Counted from the first letter of the stretch, positions 1 to 9,142 are shown. The stretch is 32,000 nt of DNA from Candidatus Iainarchaeum sp. (GCA_037441475.1 JBBISB010000001.1:577465-609464), one strand, 5' to 3'. Translations and numbers: made by a program. The notes: generated from the sequence alone by a model not told the origin.

Positions 1-1
1 A

Positions 2-115
2 ACAAAAGAAGACTTAGTTTCAATTAAACCAATACTTTCAAATCTTTTAAAAAACTTTAATCTAGAAGAGGCCACCATTAATAGGTTCTTATCAAAGGAC
101 ATCTTAAAGAAATAA
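2..115 (+). CDS. 3' end of a gene entering from upstream, possibly RNase P component 3 (Rpp30) (partial)
   Basis: Manual translation gives ...TKEDLVSIKPILSNLLKNFNLEEATINRFLSKDILKK*, TAA at 113-115. It lies directly upstream of the Pop5-like gene at the head of the exosome superoperon, where Rpp30 is often found. The identity rests on position and a weak C-terminal resemblance. Confidence 0.4.
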   Translation, partial: TKEDLVSIKPILSNLLKNFNLEEATINRFLSKDILKK

Positions 116-131
116 TAAAAAATAGATTTTC

Positions 132-455
132 ATGAGTAAACTTAAAAAAAAATTAAATGTTATAAGGCCAACTTTAAGGCATAAGAAACTTTATCTTAAG
201 CTTGAGTATACAAAGGAATACTCCTCTAACCTTTATACCCTTCTTTTAAAAAACTATGAAAAAATAAATGGTTTATTTTCTTCTTTAGAATGTAATCTAA
301 CAGTCATGGAAAACGACTATACAACTAAAACAATGGTCGTAAGATTAAACAAAGCATATAAAGAAAGCTTTTTAAGTAGTTTATTCTTTTTAAAGCAAGA
401 TTTAGGGCTTATCTTTGTTTTAAAAGAAGCATCTACCCTTAATTCTTTAAAATAA
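132..455 (+). CDS. RNase P component 2-like (Pop5/Rpp14 family)
   Basis: 107 aa with the N-terminal pattern RPTLRHKKLYLKLE typical of archaeal Pop5, located upstream of psmA in the superoperon order. Confidence 0.65.
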   Translation: MSKLKKKLNVIRPTLRHKKLYLKLEYTKEYSSNLYTLLLKNYEKINGLFSSLECNLTVMENDYTTKTMVVRLNKAYKESFLSSLFFLKQDLGLIFVLKEASTLNSLK

Positions 456-689
456 ACTCTTCTTTTACTAATCATAATGTTTTTATATCTGTTGCTATAA
501 TATATATATTATACAAGGATACAGAGATAGGAGAAAATACTATATTTAAGGTTAATTTCTTTAAAAGTAGTTTTTTTAAATAGTAAGTTCGTTTTAATTT
601 CTATAAAAAGAAATGCTTACAAGTAAAACTCTTTTAATAACAAAAAATTATTTTTATAATTTAGATATACAAAAATAAAAGGTGAAAAT

Positions 690-1412
690 ATGTTCCCAAT
701 TTCTAATAACAATGCAACAGCACAAGCTTACGATAGATCAATTACAGTTTTTAGTCCTGAAGGACATTTATACCAAGTTGACTATGCCTCTAAGATAATT
801 GAAAAAGGAAGTCCAGCAGTAGCTATAACTTACAAAGACGGAATAATCTTAGTTGCTGATAAAAAAATATTCTCTTCATTAATAATTCCAGAGTCTGTAG
901 AAAAAGTTTTCAAAGTTGATAAACATGTATGGGTTGCATGTTCTGGTCTTATAGGAGACGGAAGAAGACTTGTTGATTATGCAAGACAAATTTCTCAAGA
1001 AAATAAAATTTATTATGATGACCCAATAGAGATAGATACCTTAGTTAAGAAAATAGGTAATGTTGTTCAATATTTCACACAGTACGGTGGAGCAAGACCA
1101 TTTGGGGTTTCTTTAATTGTTGCTGGAATTGATACTTTAGGAAAACACATCTATGAGATTGAACCAAGTGGCGCTACAACAGCTTACAAGGCAATAGCAA
1201 TTGGTCAAAATAAACCTAAGCTTATGGCAAACTTAGAAAAAACTTATAAAGATAATTTAAGTTTTGATGATGCTTTAAAGCTTGCTTTCAAAACCTTAGC
1301 TTTAAATCTTGATGTTAAACAAAAACTTGATGTTAAAAATATTGAAGTTTTAAACATTACAGAGAAAAATGATGCAATTGTTCCTGTGGAGAAATATTCT
1401 AAACTTTTATAA
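690..1412 (+). CDS. psmA: Proteasome subunit alpha
   Basis: AYDRSITVFSPEGHLYQVDYA signature of 20S proteasome alpha; GGTGA ribosome-binding-like motif upstream. Confidence 0.97.
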   Translation: MFPISNNNATAQAYDRSITVFSPEGHLYQVDYASKIIEKGSPAVAITYKDGIILVADKKIFSSLIIPESVEKVFKVDKHVWVACSGLIGDGRRLVDYARQISQENKIYYDDPIEIDTLVKKIGNVVQYFTQYGGARPFGVSLIVAGIDTLGKHIYEIEPSGATTAYKAIAIGQNKPKLMANLEKTYKDNLSFDDALKLAFKTLALNLDVKQKLDVKNIEVLNITEKNDAIVPVEKYSKLL

Positions 1413-1427
1413 ATTTAAAAAAGGAAG

Positions 1428-1847
1428 ATGAAAATAAATATGCCTCAAGTAAAAAACCCTGCTCTTAAAAAAAATCCTTTAATGCAAGATGTTAAAAAAG
1501 ATTTATCTGTTAAAATGTATGCTCAACAAGCAAGGCTTTTAAAAAAAGTAAATCCTGCTATAAAGGGTAGGTTACTAAATGATCAAAAAATTCTTGCAAA
1601 TCATAGAATTTTAGGCTCAATGGTTAGTTATAAAGTGAGCAATCTTTCTTCTGTTGAAAGAAAAAATGCAGATAAATTATTTCAAGACATGTATGCTAAA
1701 ATAATTTTAAGATCTTCAAATAATCCTGCATATGCAGAAAAATCAGTTACTTTTCTTAAACATTTTTCAGCAGCCTTATACCGAAAAGAAGGAAAAGAAA
1801 TTTTAGAAATTTTAAAAAAAGCATCAGAAGCTGTTAACAAAATATAA
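1428..1847 (+). CDS. Hypothetical basic protein inserted between psmA and SBDS
   Basis: 139 aa ORF, 15 nt after psmA and closely followed by SBDS; no family recognised. Confidence 0.85.
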   Translation: MKINMPQVKNPALKKNPLMQDVKKDLSVKMYAQQARLLKKVNPAIKGRLLNDQKILANHRILGSMVSYKVSNLSSVERKNADKLFQDMYAKIILRSSNNPAYAEKSVTFLKHFSAALYRKEGKEILEILKKASEAVNKI

Positions 1848-1864
1848 ATCAAAGGTGATAAATT

Positions 1865-2590
1865 ATGTTTTACAAAGGAGAAAAGAACAAAGGAAATCTA
1901 GAAAACACTGTTGTTGCAAAGATTAAAAAAGGAGAACATACCTTTGAAATTTTAGTGTATCCTTTCCAAGCATGGGATTACAAACATAATTTGCCAAATA
2001 TAACTATTGAACAAGTAATAGCTTATGAAGAAGTCTATTCAGATATTCAAAAATCAAACTTAGCTTCAAAAGAAGTTATTTTAGAAGTTTTTGAAACAGA
2101 AGATATCTTTAAGATAGCTGATAAGATAATAAGAGACGGCGAAGTACAATTAACAACAGCCCAAAAACAACAGATGGCTGAGAGAAGAGAAAAAGAAATT
2201 ATAACATACATCTCAAAGTACGCTCACGATCCTAAAAACAAAACCCCAATTCCTGAACAAAGAATAATCAATGCTTTTGCTGAATTAAAAATAAAAATAA
2301 ACTTAAACAAACAAAAAGAAAAAGAAATAGAAGAAATTGTAGATAAACTAAAAAGAATAATGCCAATTTCTTTTGAAAAAATTACTTTGCTTGTAGAGAT
2401 CCCTGCAAGCTATGCAGGAAAAGTTTCATCAGTAATCTATAAGCAAGAGTTAGTTGATCAAAAATGGCTTTCCAGTGGAGCATTAGTTGCAAAAATAAAA
2501 ATTCCAGCTGGTTTAAAGCAACAGTTAGTTTCTGATTTAAATAACTTAACTCATGGTAATTTAGTGGTTAGCGTTAGTGATGAAAATTAA
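1865..2590 (+). CDS. Ribosome maturation protein SBDS (Sdo1 family)
   Basis: VAKIKKGEHTFEILVYP...IEQVIAYEEVYSDIQK...ITTYISKYAHDPKNKTPIPEQRIINAF matches SBDS; position in superoperon. Confidence 0.95.
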   Translation: MFYKGEKNKGNLENTVVAKIKKGEHTFEILVYPFQAWDYKHNLPNITIEQVIAYEEVYSDIQKSNLASKEVILEVFETEDIFKIADKIIRDGEVQLTTAQKQQMAERREKEIITYISKYAHDPKNKTPIPEQRIINAFAELKIKINLNKQKEKEIEEIVDKLKRIMPISFEKITLLVEIPASYAGKVSSVIYKQELVDQKWLSSGALVAKIKIPAGLKQQLVSDLNNLTHGNLVVSVSDEN

Positions 2591-2599
2591 ATATAAAAT

Positions 2600-3232
2600 G
2601 TGAAAAAAAATATGAATACAGAAAAAAAAATAGTAATTCCTGGAGAAGTTATAACAAACCAGGTAAAAAAGTTAGGTACTAATGTTTTTCTTGAGAATGG
2701 AAAAATATTTAGTTCTGTTGTAGGAATAGTTTCTGAAACAAGTGACTTTGTATCAGTAATTCCTTTAAACGGCCATTACTCACCAATTGAAGGTGATGGA
2801 ATAATAGCTGTTGTTAAAGATGAGGTTTTAAATGGTTACATCTTAGAGTACAATTCCTTTGATGATTCCTTTTTATTAAAATCAATTCTTAAAAAAGAAC
2901 TTTCAAAAGGAACAATCATTTTCCTAAGAATAAAAAACATTGCAGACAATGGTTCTTTAGAGTATGATAATATAAATATCTTACCAAAGGGTAGAGTTTT
3001 TCAAACCTCTCCAGTTAAGATTCCAAGACTTATTGGAAAAAACGAATCTATGTTAAATCTATTTAAAGAATATTTAGGTGGAAATATAGTTATTGGTAAA
3101 AACGGATGGGTATGGTATAACTGTGAGAATGTAAATCTTTCAGAACGTGCATTTTCATTAGTTGTAAACAATTCTCAAAAATCAAATCTTACAAATAGTA
3201 TGAAAGATTTTTTTGAAAAAAATAAAAATTAA
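2600..3232 (+). CDS. rrp4: Exosome complex RNA-binding protein Rrp4 (likely start ATG 2612)
   Basis: VIPGEVI...S1-like region and KH region (IGKNESMLNLFKEYLGGNIVIGKNGWVW), located between SBDS and Rrp41. The GTG at 2600 overlaps an SD-like gtgaaa, so ATG 2612 is preferred. Confidence 0.88.
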   Translation: MKKNMNTEKKIVIPGEVITNQVKKLGTNVFLENGKIFSSVVGIVSETSDFVSVIPLNGHYSPIEGDGIIAVVKDEVLNGYILEYNSFDDSFLLKSILKKELSKGTIIFLRIKNIADNGSLEYDNINILPKGRVFQTSPVKIPRLIGKNESMLNLFKEYLGGNIVIGKNGWVWYNCENVNLSERAFSLVVNNSQKSNLTNSMKDFFEKNKN

Positions 3233-3243
3233 AGTGATAAATT

Positions 3244-3948
3244 ATGAGTACAAGACTAGATGGTAGAAAAAATGATGAATTAAGACCAATCAATATTAAA
3301 CTTGGAGTTGTAAAGAGTGCTGCAGGTTCATGTTATCTTGAATGGGGTAAAAACACTGTTATTGCAACAGTACACGGTCCTAGACCAATGTTTCCAAAAC
3401 ACTTATCAGATTCAACAAAAGCTGTTATTGATTATAAATACAGAATGGCACCTTTCTCTGTTTCAGAAAGGAAGTCACCAGTTCCTGGAAAGAGAGATAA
3501 AGAAATTTCTTTAGTTTCTGGTTTTGCTTTAGAGTCTGTAATTATGACTGAAAAGTTTCCAAACACAGTTATTGATATAAATGCATTAATACTTTCAGCA
3601 GATGCAGGTACAAGAGCTGCAGCATTAACAGCTGCGTCTTTAGCTTGTGCTGATGCTGGTCTTCCAATGAAAGGTATTCTTGCAGCAGTTTCAACAGGAA
3701 GAGCTAATGGAGAATACATTTTTGATTTAACAAAAGAAGAAGAGGATGCTCAAGACGCTGTTGATACAGCTATTGCTATTTCAATGCCACAAAAAGAAAT
3801 TGCACTTCTTCAAATGGATGGTTTTGTAAATAAAGAAGATTGGAAAAAAATAGTTTCAATGGGTTTTTTAGCAGCAGAAAAAGTTTTTGACCTTCAAAAG
3901 AAAGCTTTGCTTGAAAAGTACCCAATAAATGGTGATATTAATGAGTGA
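3244..3948 (+). CDS. rrp41: Exosome complex exonuclease Rrp41 (RNase PH family)
   Basis: RLDGRKNDELRPINIKLGVVKSAAGSCYLEWGKNTVIATVHGPRP...DINALILSADAGTRAAALTAASLACADAGLPM. Confidence 0.97.
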   Translation: MSTRLDGRKNDELRPINIKLGVVKSAAGSCYLEWGKNTVIATVHGPRPMFPKHLSDSTKAVIDYKYRMAPFSVSERKSPVPGKRDKEISLVSGFALESVIMTEKFPNTVIDINALILSADAGTRAAALTAASLACADAGLPMKGILAAVSTGRANGEYIFDLTKEEEDAQDAVDTAIAISMPQKEIALLQMDGFVNKEDWKKIVSMGFLAAEKVFDLQKKALLEKYPINGDINE

Positions 3949-4735
3949 TATATTAAACCTTATAAATGCAAACAGCATTAAAGAAAACATAAAAAAAGGA
4001 ATAAGAGAAGATAAAAGAGCTCTTGAAGACTTTAGAGATCTTGAGATTAAAACTTCTGTTTTATCTTCAGCAGATGGTTCTGCTTGGGTAAAGCTTGGTA
4101 ATACTGAAGTTATTGCTGGTATTAAGTTTTCAGTTGGAACACCATACCCTGATTCTCCTGATGAAGGGAGTATGTCCTTAAATTTAGAACTTACAGGAAT
4201 TTCTTCTCCTGATTTTTCAACAGGTCCTCCACAAATAGATGCTTTAGAGTATGGTAGAGTTGCTGATAGAGCTATAAGGTCTGCAGACTGTATTGACTTT
4301 AAGAAATTATGTGTTGTTCCTGGGGAAAAAGTTTTAGTAATGTTTATTGATTGTGTTGCAATAAACGCTGATGGTAATTTAATAGATGCAACTGAGCTTG
4401 CTGCTTTAGCTGCAATAAAGAATGTTAGAATGCCAAAGCTTGATGAAAAAAATAACATAATTGCTAAAGAATATTCTGACGAAAAAATAGAACTTTTAAA
4501 CATACCTTTAAGTTTTACTTTTGAAAAGATAGAAGGTAAAATAATAGTTGACGCAACAGAGAATGAAGAGTTTGCATCTAATGCAAGATTTAGTATAGGC
4601 CTTGTTAAAGACACTGTTGTTTCATGTCAAAAAAGTAAAGGTGGAACTTTTATTGAAGAGGAAATTTTTAAAATGATCGATATATCAACTAAAAAATACA
4701 ATGAAATCTACAAAAAAATTGAGGCTTTAAAATAA
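3929..4735 (+). CDS. rrp42: Exosome complex component Rrp42 (likely start ATG 3941)
   Basis: NSIKENIKKGIREDKRALEDFRDLEIKTSVLSSADGSAWVKLGNTEVIAGIKFSVGTPYPDSPDEG; overlaps the 3' end of rrp41. Confidence 0.96.
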   Translation: MVILMSDILNLINANSIKENIKKGIREDKRALEDFRDLEIKTSVLSSADGSAWVKLGNTEVIAGIKFSVGTPYPDSPDEGSMSLNLELTGISSPDFSTGPPQIDALEYGRVADRAIRSADCIDFKKLCVVPGEKVLVMFIDCVAINADGNLIDATELAALAAIKNVRMPKLDEKNNIIAKEYSDEKIELLNIPLSFTFEKIEGKIIVDATENEEFASNARFSIGLVKDTVVSCQKSKGGTFIEEEIFKMIDISTKKYNEIYKKIEALK

Positions 4736-4752
4736 AAGAAAAGTGATGGAAA

Positions 4753-4980
4753 ATGGCAACTAAAAAAGTAAAAGAAACAGGTAAGTATGGTGTTAGAGGC
4801 GGAAGAGGTATTAGACAAAAATATCTTCTTGCAACAAAGACAGATAAATCCTCTTATGTTTGTCCAAATTGTGGATATAAGGGGAAAATAACAAAGAAAG
4901 ATTCTGCTATATTCAAATGTTCAAAATGTAAAACAGAAATTGCAGGTGCAGCATATAAACTTTCTTCATTAAAAAAATAA
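4753..4980 (+). CDS. rpl37ae: Large ribosomal subunit protein L37Ae (eL43)
   Basis: GKYGVRGGRGIRQKY...YVCPNCGYKGKITKKDSAIFKCSKCKTEIAGAAY, CxxC...CxxC zinc ribbon. Confidence 0.95.
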   Translation: MATKKVKETGKYGVRGGRGIRQKYLLATKTDKSSYVCPNCGYKGKITKKDSAIFKCSKCKTEIAGAAYKLSSLKK

Positions 4981-4992
4981 AGGTGAAAAATA

Positions 4993-5121
4993 ATGTATTA
5001 TTGTGCAAGATGTAAAACTGAGTATGATGCAATTCCTGAGAATGATAAGTGTGGAGTATGCGGTTCAAGAATCTTTTATAAAAAAAGAGAACCAGTTTTA
5101 AAGAAAATAAAGGCATATTAA
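4993..5121 (+). CDS. rpoP: DNA-directed RNA polymerase subunit P (Rpc10/RpoP), not in the supplied ORF track
   Basis: Manual translation: MYYCARCKTEYDAIPENDKCGVCGSRIFYKKREPVLKKIKAY* (42 aa). CxxC...CxxC zinc ribbon, GGTGA upstream, and syntenic position between L37Ae and Brix. Confidence 0.93.
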   Translation: MYYCARCKTEYDAIPENDKCGVCGSRIFYKKREPVLKKIKAY

Positions 5122-5123
5122 GT

Positions 5124-5597
5124 ATGTTTGTTACAACTTCCAGAAAAGCAAATCTTTTAGAAAAAAGATTTTCAAAATACCTTACAAAATACCTTCCTGG
5201 GCTTGTATATCTTCCAAGAGGCAAAACTCCTCTTTTAAAAATCTTTAAGAAAGCAACATATCTTGGTCATAAGTATTTTCTAAAAGTATCTTCAATAAAT
5301 GAAAATATTTTATTCTCCATATATGTTTCTAAGGAAAACAGTTTTTTTCTTGAAAGAGAATATCTTTTAGAGGTTCTAGACTTAAGGCACTTAAAGCCTT
5401 TCTCTTACATCTCTTCAATAAACCAATCCTTTCAAGATGTTAAAGATGTTTTTTATTTTCTTTCAAAGAAAAATAAATCTTTAAAAAGCACTTATGGTGT
5501 TTTTTTAACTTCTCAAGAAGATGTTTTTGATTTTTTAGAAGAGGGAAAATACTTAGGTTTTAGATTTAAAATTTTGAATGTGAAAACTATTGATTGA
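5124..5597 (+). CDS. Brix-domain (archaeal Imp4-like) ribosome biogenesis protein
   Basis: MFVTTSRKANLLEKRFSKYLTKYLPGLVYLPRGKTPLLKIFKKA plus superoperon position. Confidence 0.85.
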   Translation: MFVTTSRKANLLEKRFSKYLTKYLPGLVYLPRGKTPLLKIFKKATYLGHKYFLKVSSINENILFSIYVSKENSFFLEREYLLEVLDLRHLKPFSYISSINQSFQDVKDVFYFLSKKNKSLKSTYGVFLTSQEDVFDFLEEGKYLGFRFKILNVKTID

Positions 5598-5835
5598 AAA
5601 TATCTTATCCATTAAGCTTGAAATTAAAGCAAAAGATCCTAATAACTTAAAGAAGCTCTTAGATCTTGAAATGGATAGAAAGAAGTACAATCGTTCAGAT
5701 TCAAAAGTATATATAGAAAAAAAGATTTTAATCATAGAGATTTATGCAAAAGATGTTATTGCTTTTAAAGCAACCATTAACAATTACATAAATATTCTAG
5801 AGTTAATATCTAAAGTTTATGAGGTGGAACTATGA
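5590..5835 (+). CDS. pcc1: KEOPS complex subunit Pcc1-like
   Basis: 81 aa, small acidic/basic alternating protein, between Brix and prefoldin beta; overlaps both neighbours by a few nt. Confidence 0.7.
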   Translation: MIENILSIKLEIKAKDPNNLKKLLDLEMDRKKYNRSDSKVYIEKKILIIEIYAKDVIAFKATINNYINILELISKVYEVEL

Positions 5836-6197
5836 GTGAAAAAAATGCAAATATGATTAATACATATAGACAACAATTAATGTTTTTATCCCAACAAAAA
5901 CAACAATTACAACTTCAAGCAAATGTTTTAGAAAACACTATTAAAGAGCTTGAAATTACTAAAGAAACAAAAGTTTACAAAGGTGTAGGTAATGTTTTTA
6001 TTTTAAAGGATAAAGTAGATGTTGTAAAAGAAACTAAGGATACAAAAGAAACAGTTGACTTAAGACTTAAGACTGTTGAGAAACAAGAAGCAGATGCTTT
6101 AAAAAAATTAAGTGAACTTACAAAAGAAAGTCAACAAGAAAAAGCAAAAGAACCTGCTCCTGTTTTAAAGGATAAAGCCTCTGATGGAATTGCTTAA
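5832..6197 (+). CDS. pfdB: Prefoldin subunit beta
   Basis: Coiled-coil N-terminus, YKGVGNVFILKDKVDVV..., strong GAGGTGGA SD-like site, terminal gene of the superoperon. Confidence 0.85.
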   Translation: MSEKNANMINTYRQQLMFLSQQKQQLQLQANVLENTIKELEITKETKVYKGVGNVFILKDKVDVVKETKDTKETVDLRLKTVEKQEADALKKLSELTKESQQEKAKEPAPVLKDKASDGIA

Positions 6198-6222
6198 ATT
6201 TCTTTTTTTAAAAAAGATAATA

Positions 6223-6255
6223 AAAAAAGATTATTTTAAATAGATAATCTTTTTT
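6223..6255. terminator. Terminator-like hairpin between convergent genes
   Basis: Perfect 12-bp inverted repeat AAAAAAGATTAT (6223-6234) / ATAATCTTTTTT (6244-6255), 9-nt loop. Confidence 0.6.
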
Positions 6256-6644
6256 CCATCCTTTAATTTCTTTTTCTTTGATTTTTTAATTAGATAATGA
6301 ATAGTGCTTTTAGGTACCTTTAACTTTTCTTCAAGTTCTCTGTATGAGAAGTCCTTGTGCATCTCAATAATCTTCTTTAATTTAGCAGCAGGAATATCAA
6401 TAGGTCTTCCTTGTTCGTTCTTAATAACCAAAGATATTTTTTTCTTTTTGAAAAATTCCTTTGTTTTTTCTCCAATCCTGGATTTAGTGGTTTTAGAAAG
6501 TGTAATTATTTTAAGTCTTTTACATCTTGCAACTATCTTTTCCATTAACTTTATAGAAAAGGCTTTTGTTACATGAAGTTCTTCACAAGAAGAATCAATT
6601 TTTGAAATATTCTTAAAATCATTAAGTGAGTCTTTAATACCCAT
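6231..6644 (-). CDS. Hypothetical protein with C-terminal helix-turn-helix
   Basis: DFSYRELEEKLKVPKSTIHYLIKKSKK is HTH-like; N-terminal region unassigned. Confidence 0.8.
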   Translation of the reverse strand: MGIKDSLNDFKNISKIDSSCEELHVTKAFSIKLMEKIVARCKRLKIITLSKTTKSRIGEKTKEFFKKKKISLVIKNEQGRPIDIPAAKLKKIIEMHKDFSYRELEEKLKVPKSTIHYLIKKSKKKKLKDGKKIIYLK

Positions 6645-6734
6645 ATCTTTTTACCCTCTTTTAAATTTCTTGGTTTTACTTAAAATAAAAAACCGTCCAA
6701 TATTATTAGTGACTATAACTATTTATAAATATAT

Positions 6735-7340
6735 TTGTTTATAAATCTTTTCCTCCAATATATATTTATGATAATCTTAATATGTGGGTACACCTCTTCA
6801 GGTAAAAGTGTTGTTGCAGATCATATCGGTAAGCAATTAAAATATCTTGTTATCCATACCTCTGACATTTTAAAAAAAATGCTTACAAACCAAGAGATTG
6901 ATCTTAGTAAAACAGAAATGCAGACTGGGTGGTATGAAAAATCAACTGCTTCTTATGATACAAGAAAAAAAGATCTTTCCTTTGATAAAAAATTAGATAA
7001 ATATCTTCTCTCACTTGTAAAGGAGAATGAAAACCTTGTTTTAGATTCTTCAACTCTTCCATATCTTTTAAAAAGAAAAAAAGGTGTCTTAAGGATATGG
7101 CTTAAATGTTCTCAAAAGGTAAGAGCAGAGAGGATGGCTAAAAGAAACAACATGGTTTTTACAGACACCATTAAGATATTAAAAAAGAAAGATAAGTTCA
7201 ATATTGATCATTATAAATCTCTATACGGTTATGATTTTGGAAAAGATCTTTCAATCTTTGATTATGTTTTAGATACCAGTAAAATAGGTCTTGATGAGGT
7301 TTTTAAAAGAACACTTTCTTTTGTTAAAGATAATCTATAA
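6735..7340 (+). CDS. Cytidylate kinase-like P-loop kinase (likely start ATG 6768)
   Basis: MIILICGYTSSGKSVVADHIGKQL Walker A, RAERMAKRNN lid-like region. The extended 5' portion is hydrophobic and probably not coding. Confidence 0.7.
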   Translation: MFINLFLQYIFMIILICGYTSSGKSVVADHIGKQLKYLVIHTSDILKKMLTNQEIDLSKTEMQTGWYEKSTASYDTRKKDLSFDKKLDKYLLSLVKENENLVLDSSTLPYLLKRKKGVLRIWLKCSQKVRAERMAKRNNMVFTDTIKILKKKDKFNIDHYKSLYGYDFGKDLSIFDYVLDTSKIGLDEVFKRTLSFVKDNL

Positions 7341-7351
7341 GGATATTTAAT

Positions 7352-8269
7352 ATGAATAAACTATACTCCTTTACTTTTGAAGAAAACTTAAAGGAACCTT
7401 CAGCAAAACATTATGCAAATAAAATGCACTTTAGTATACCTACAAAAGATGCACATTATTTTAAAGAAAACATTCCTTCTTTTTTAGATATTGTCTTTTA
7501 TAAAGGTTCTAAAAATCCTGGTTTTAAAGGCTTTCCAGAAATATACTTTGATTCTTTAATAAAAACCACTCTTAATTATTCTCCTGAATTTATTTCAAGA
7601 TTAAAAAAAGAACTTTTCACTTTATCTCCCTCACAAGTGGAGTTATTTCTAGAGTATAATAGATATAACCAGTTGTTTGTTAAAAAAGCAAATCCTCTCT
7701 TTGATATTCAAAGAATAAAGAAGGGCTTGCTTACAAAAAAAATAATCTCAACCCATACAAACTCAGCTTGTCTTGAAACCTATCATGGTTTTATAAGGGT
7801 TTTAGAGAGTGGTAATGCAAAAATAATAACTCTAAAAGTAGATGGCAAAAACAAAACTCTTCTTGTTAAAAGTTTCTCTGGTATTGGAAAAAATAATATA
7901 AGGGAGGGAACATACACCTTAGCCCTTGATCCTAAAAACTTTAAAATCTATTCTTTTAATAATTTTCCTGACTATAAAGAAAGAGTGTATGTCCCAGAAG
8001 CAAAGAGAGTAGGTAATAATAAAATATTAAATGATAGCTTTACTGATCATGAGTTTGCAAAAAAATTATTATTCGACCCAGCTTCTAGCCCTAATGTAAA
8101 AGAAATTTCAAAAGATATCCTTAATCAAGTTTCAAAAATTAAAGAACTTCTAAAAAACTATGTTCCTTCAAAACAAAAACCAAAAATAGCTTCTTTTAAA
8201 ACTTCTGTTAAAAAGATGTTAAAAGATAAGGAAACTAGGGACTTAATAAAAAAAAGATTTAGAAGATAA
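7352..8269 (+). CDS. Hypothetical protein, 305 aa
   Basis: Long ORF 11 nt after the kinase gene; no family recognised. Confidence 0.85.
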   Translation: MNKLYSFTFEENLKEPSAKHYANKMHFSIPTKDAHYFKENIPSFLDIVFYKGSKNPGFKGFPEIYFDSLIKTTLNYSPEFISRLKKELFTLSPSQVELFLEYNRYNQLFVKKANPLFDIQRIKKGLLTKKIISTHTNSACLETYHGFIRVLESGNAKIITLKVDGKNKTLLVKSFSGIGKNNIREGTYTLALDPKNFKIYSFNNFPDYKERVYVPEAKRVGNNKILNDSFTDHEFAKKLLFDPASSPNVKEISKDILNQVSKIKELLKNYVPSKQKPKIASFKTSVKKMLKDKETRDLIKKRFRR

Positions 8270-9106
8270 TTATTTTCTTAAAAGGTCAATTGTTTTTTTA
8301 ACTACTTTATACTTTCCTAAAATATTATTTTTATGAGCAGTATTTCCATGAAAATCAGAACCAGCAGTCTCTATTAACTTATATTTCTTACAAAGCTCTT
8401 TTACTTCAAGCATAAACTCCTTGTTTTTAAACATTATAAGTTCTTCTGGAATATATCCCTTTGTCTCAATACCAGAAACTCCTTCTTTTACAAGGTTTAT
8501 AACAAAAGACTCCATCTCTGCTTTTTGAAAGTCCTTTAAATACCATGGATGTGGAAGCACTGCTTTTCCTCCAGCATCATTAATTATCTGAATTACTCTC
8601 TTTGTTCTTGTTGGTGGAACTTCAAGCCTAACAGGTATGTTTCTTAAATATTCTTTAAAGGCATCATCTGCTGTCTTACTATACCCTCTTTCAACCATTA
8701 TCTGTGCTATGTTATATGCATTTGGGTTTTGCCCAACACCTGATTTTTCTAAAACCTCTTTAAAGCTAATCTCCACTCCATAGCTTTCAAGACCCTCAAG
8801 CTTTTTTTGAATATACCTTTTTCTTTGTTTTCTATGTTTTTCAAGTAGCATGTTAAGCATATTATCTTCTTTATTAAAAAAATATCCTAAAATCTCAGTT
8901 TCAAGAGCTTGAATCTCAACACCAGGTATAATCTCTAAACCTCTTTTCTTAGCTTCCTTTTCTGCTTCTAAAAAACCATCTATACTATCATGATCAGTTA
9001 CAGCTAAGCCTTTTAAGTTTATTTTTGAGGCCATGGCTACAAGCTTTGAAGGGCTTAGCATTCCATCTGAGTAATGGGTGTGTGTATGTAGGTCATATCC
9101 AGGCAT
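8270..9106 (-). CDS. PHP-domain phosphoesterase
   Basis: YDLHTHTHYSDGMLSPSKLVAMASKINLKGLAVTDHDSIDGFLEA...GVEIQ...HPWYL...GSDFHGN. Confidence 0.93.
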   Translation of the reverse strand: MPGYDLHTHTHYSDGMLSPSKLVAMASKINLKGLAVTDHDSIDGFLEAEKEAKKRGLEIIPGVEIQALETEILGYFFNKEDNMLNMLLEKHRKQRKRYIQKKLEGLESYGVEISFKEVLEKSGVGQNPNAYNIAQIMVERGYSKTADDAFKEYLRNIPVRLEVPPTRTKRVIQIINDAGGKAVLPHPWYLKDFQKAEMESFVINLVKEGVSGIETKGYIPEELIMFKNKEFMLEVKELCKKYKLIETAGSDFHGNTAHKNNILGKYKVVKKTIDLLRK

Positions 9107-9142
9107 ATCTTCTAACTTTCTTATTTTAAATTAATAAAAAGA

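Noticed and set aside
456-689. Possible missed small gene between the Pop5-like gene and psmA
   Set aside because: An open stretch exists (..NHNVFISVAIIYILYKDTEIGENTIFKVNFFKSSFFK*), but it has no start codon or recognisable motif and is compatible with chance in AT-rich DNA.
3317-3719. ORFs 3317-3514 (+) and 3432-3719 (-) inside rrp41
   Set aside because: Alternative-frame or antisense ORFs fully contained within a conserved gene.
3868-4614. 248-aa minus-strand ORF opposite rrp42
   Set aside because: Antisense shadow of a well-supported exosome gene with low-complexity Ser/Ile/Phe-rich sequence; no family resemblance and no independent signals.
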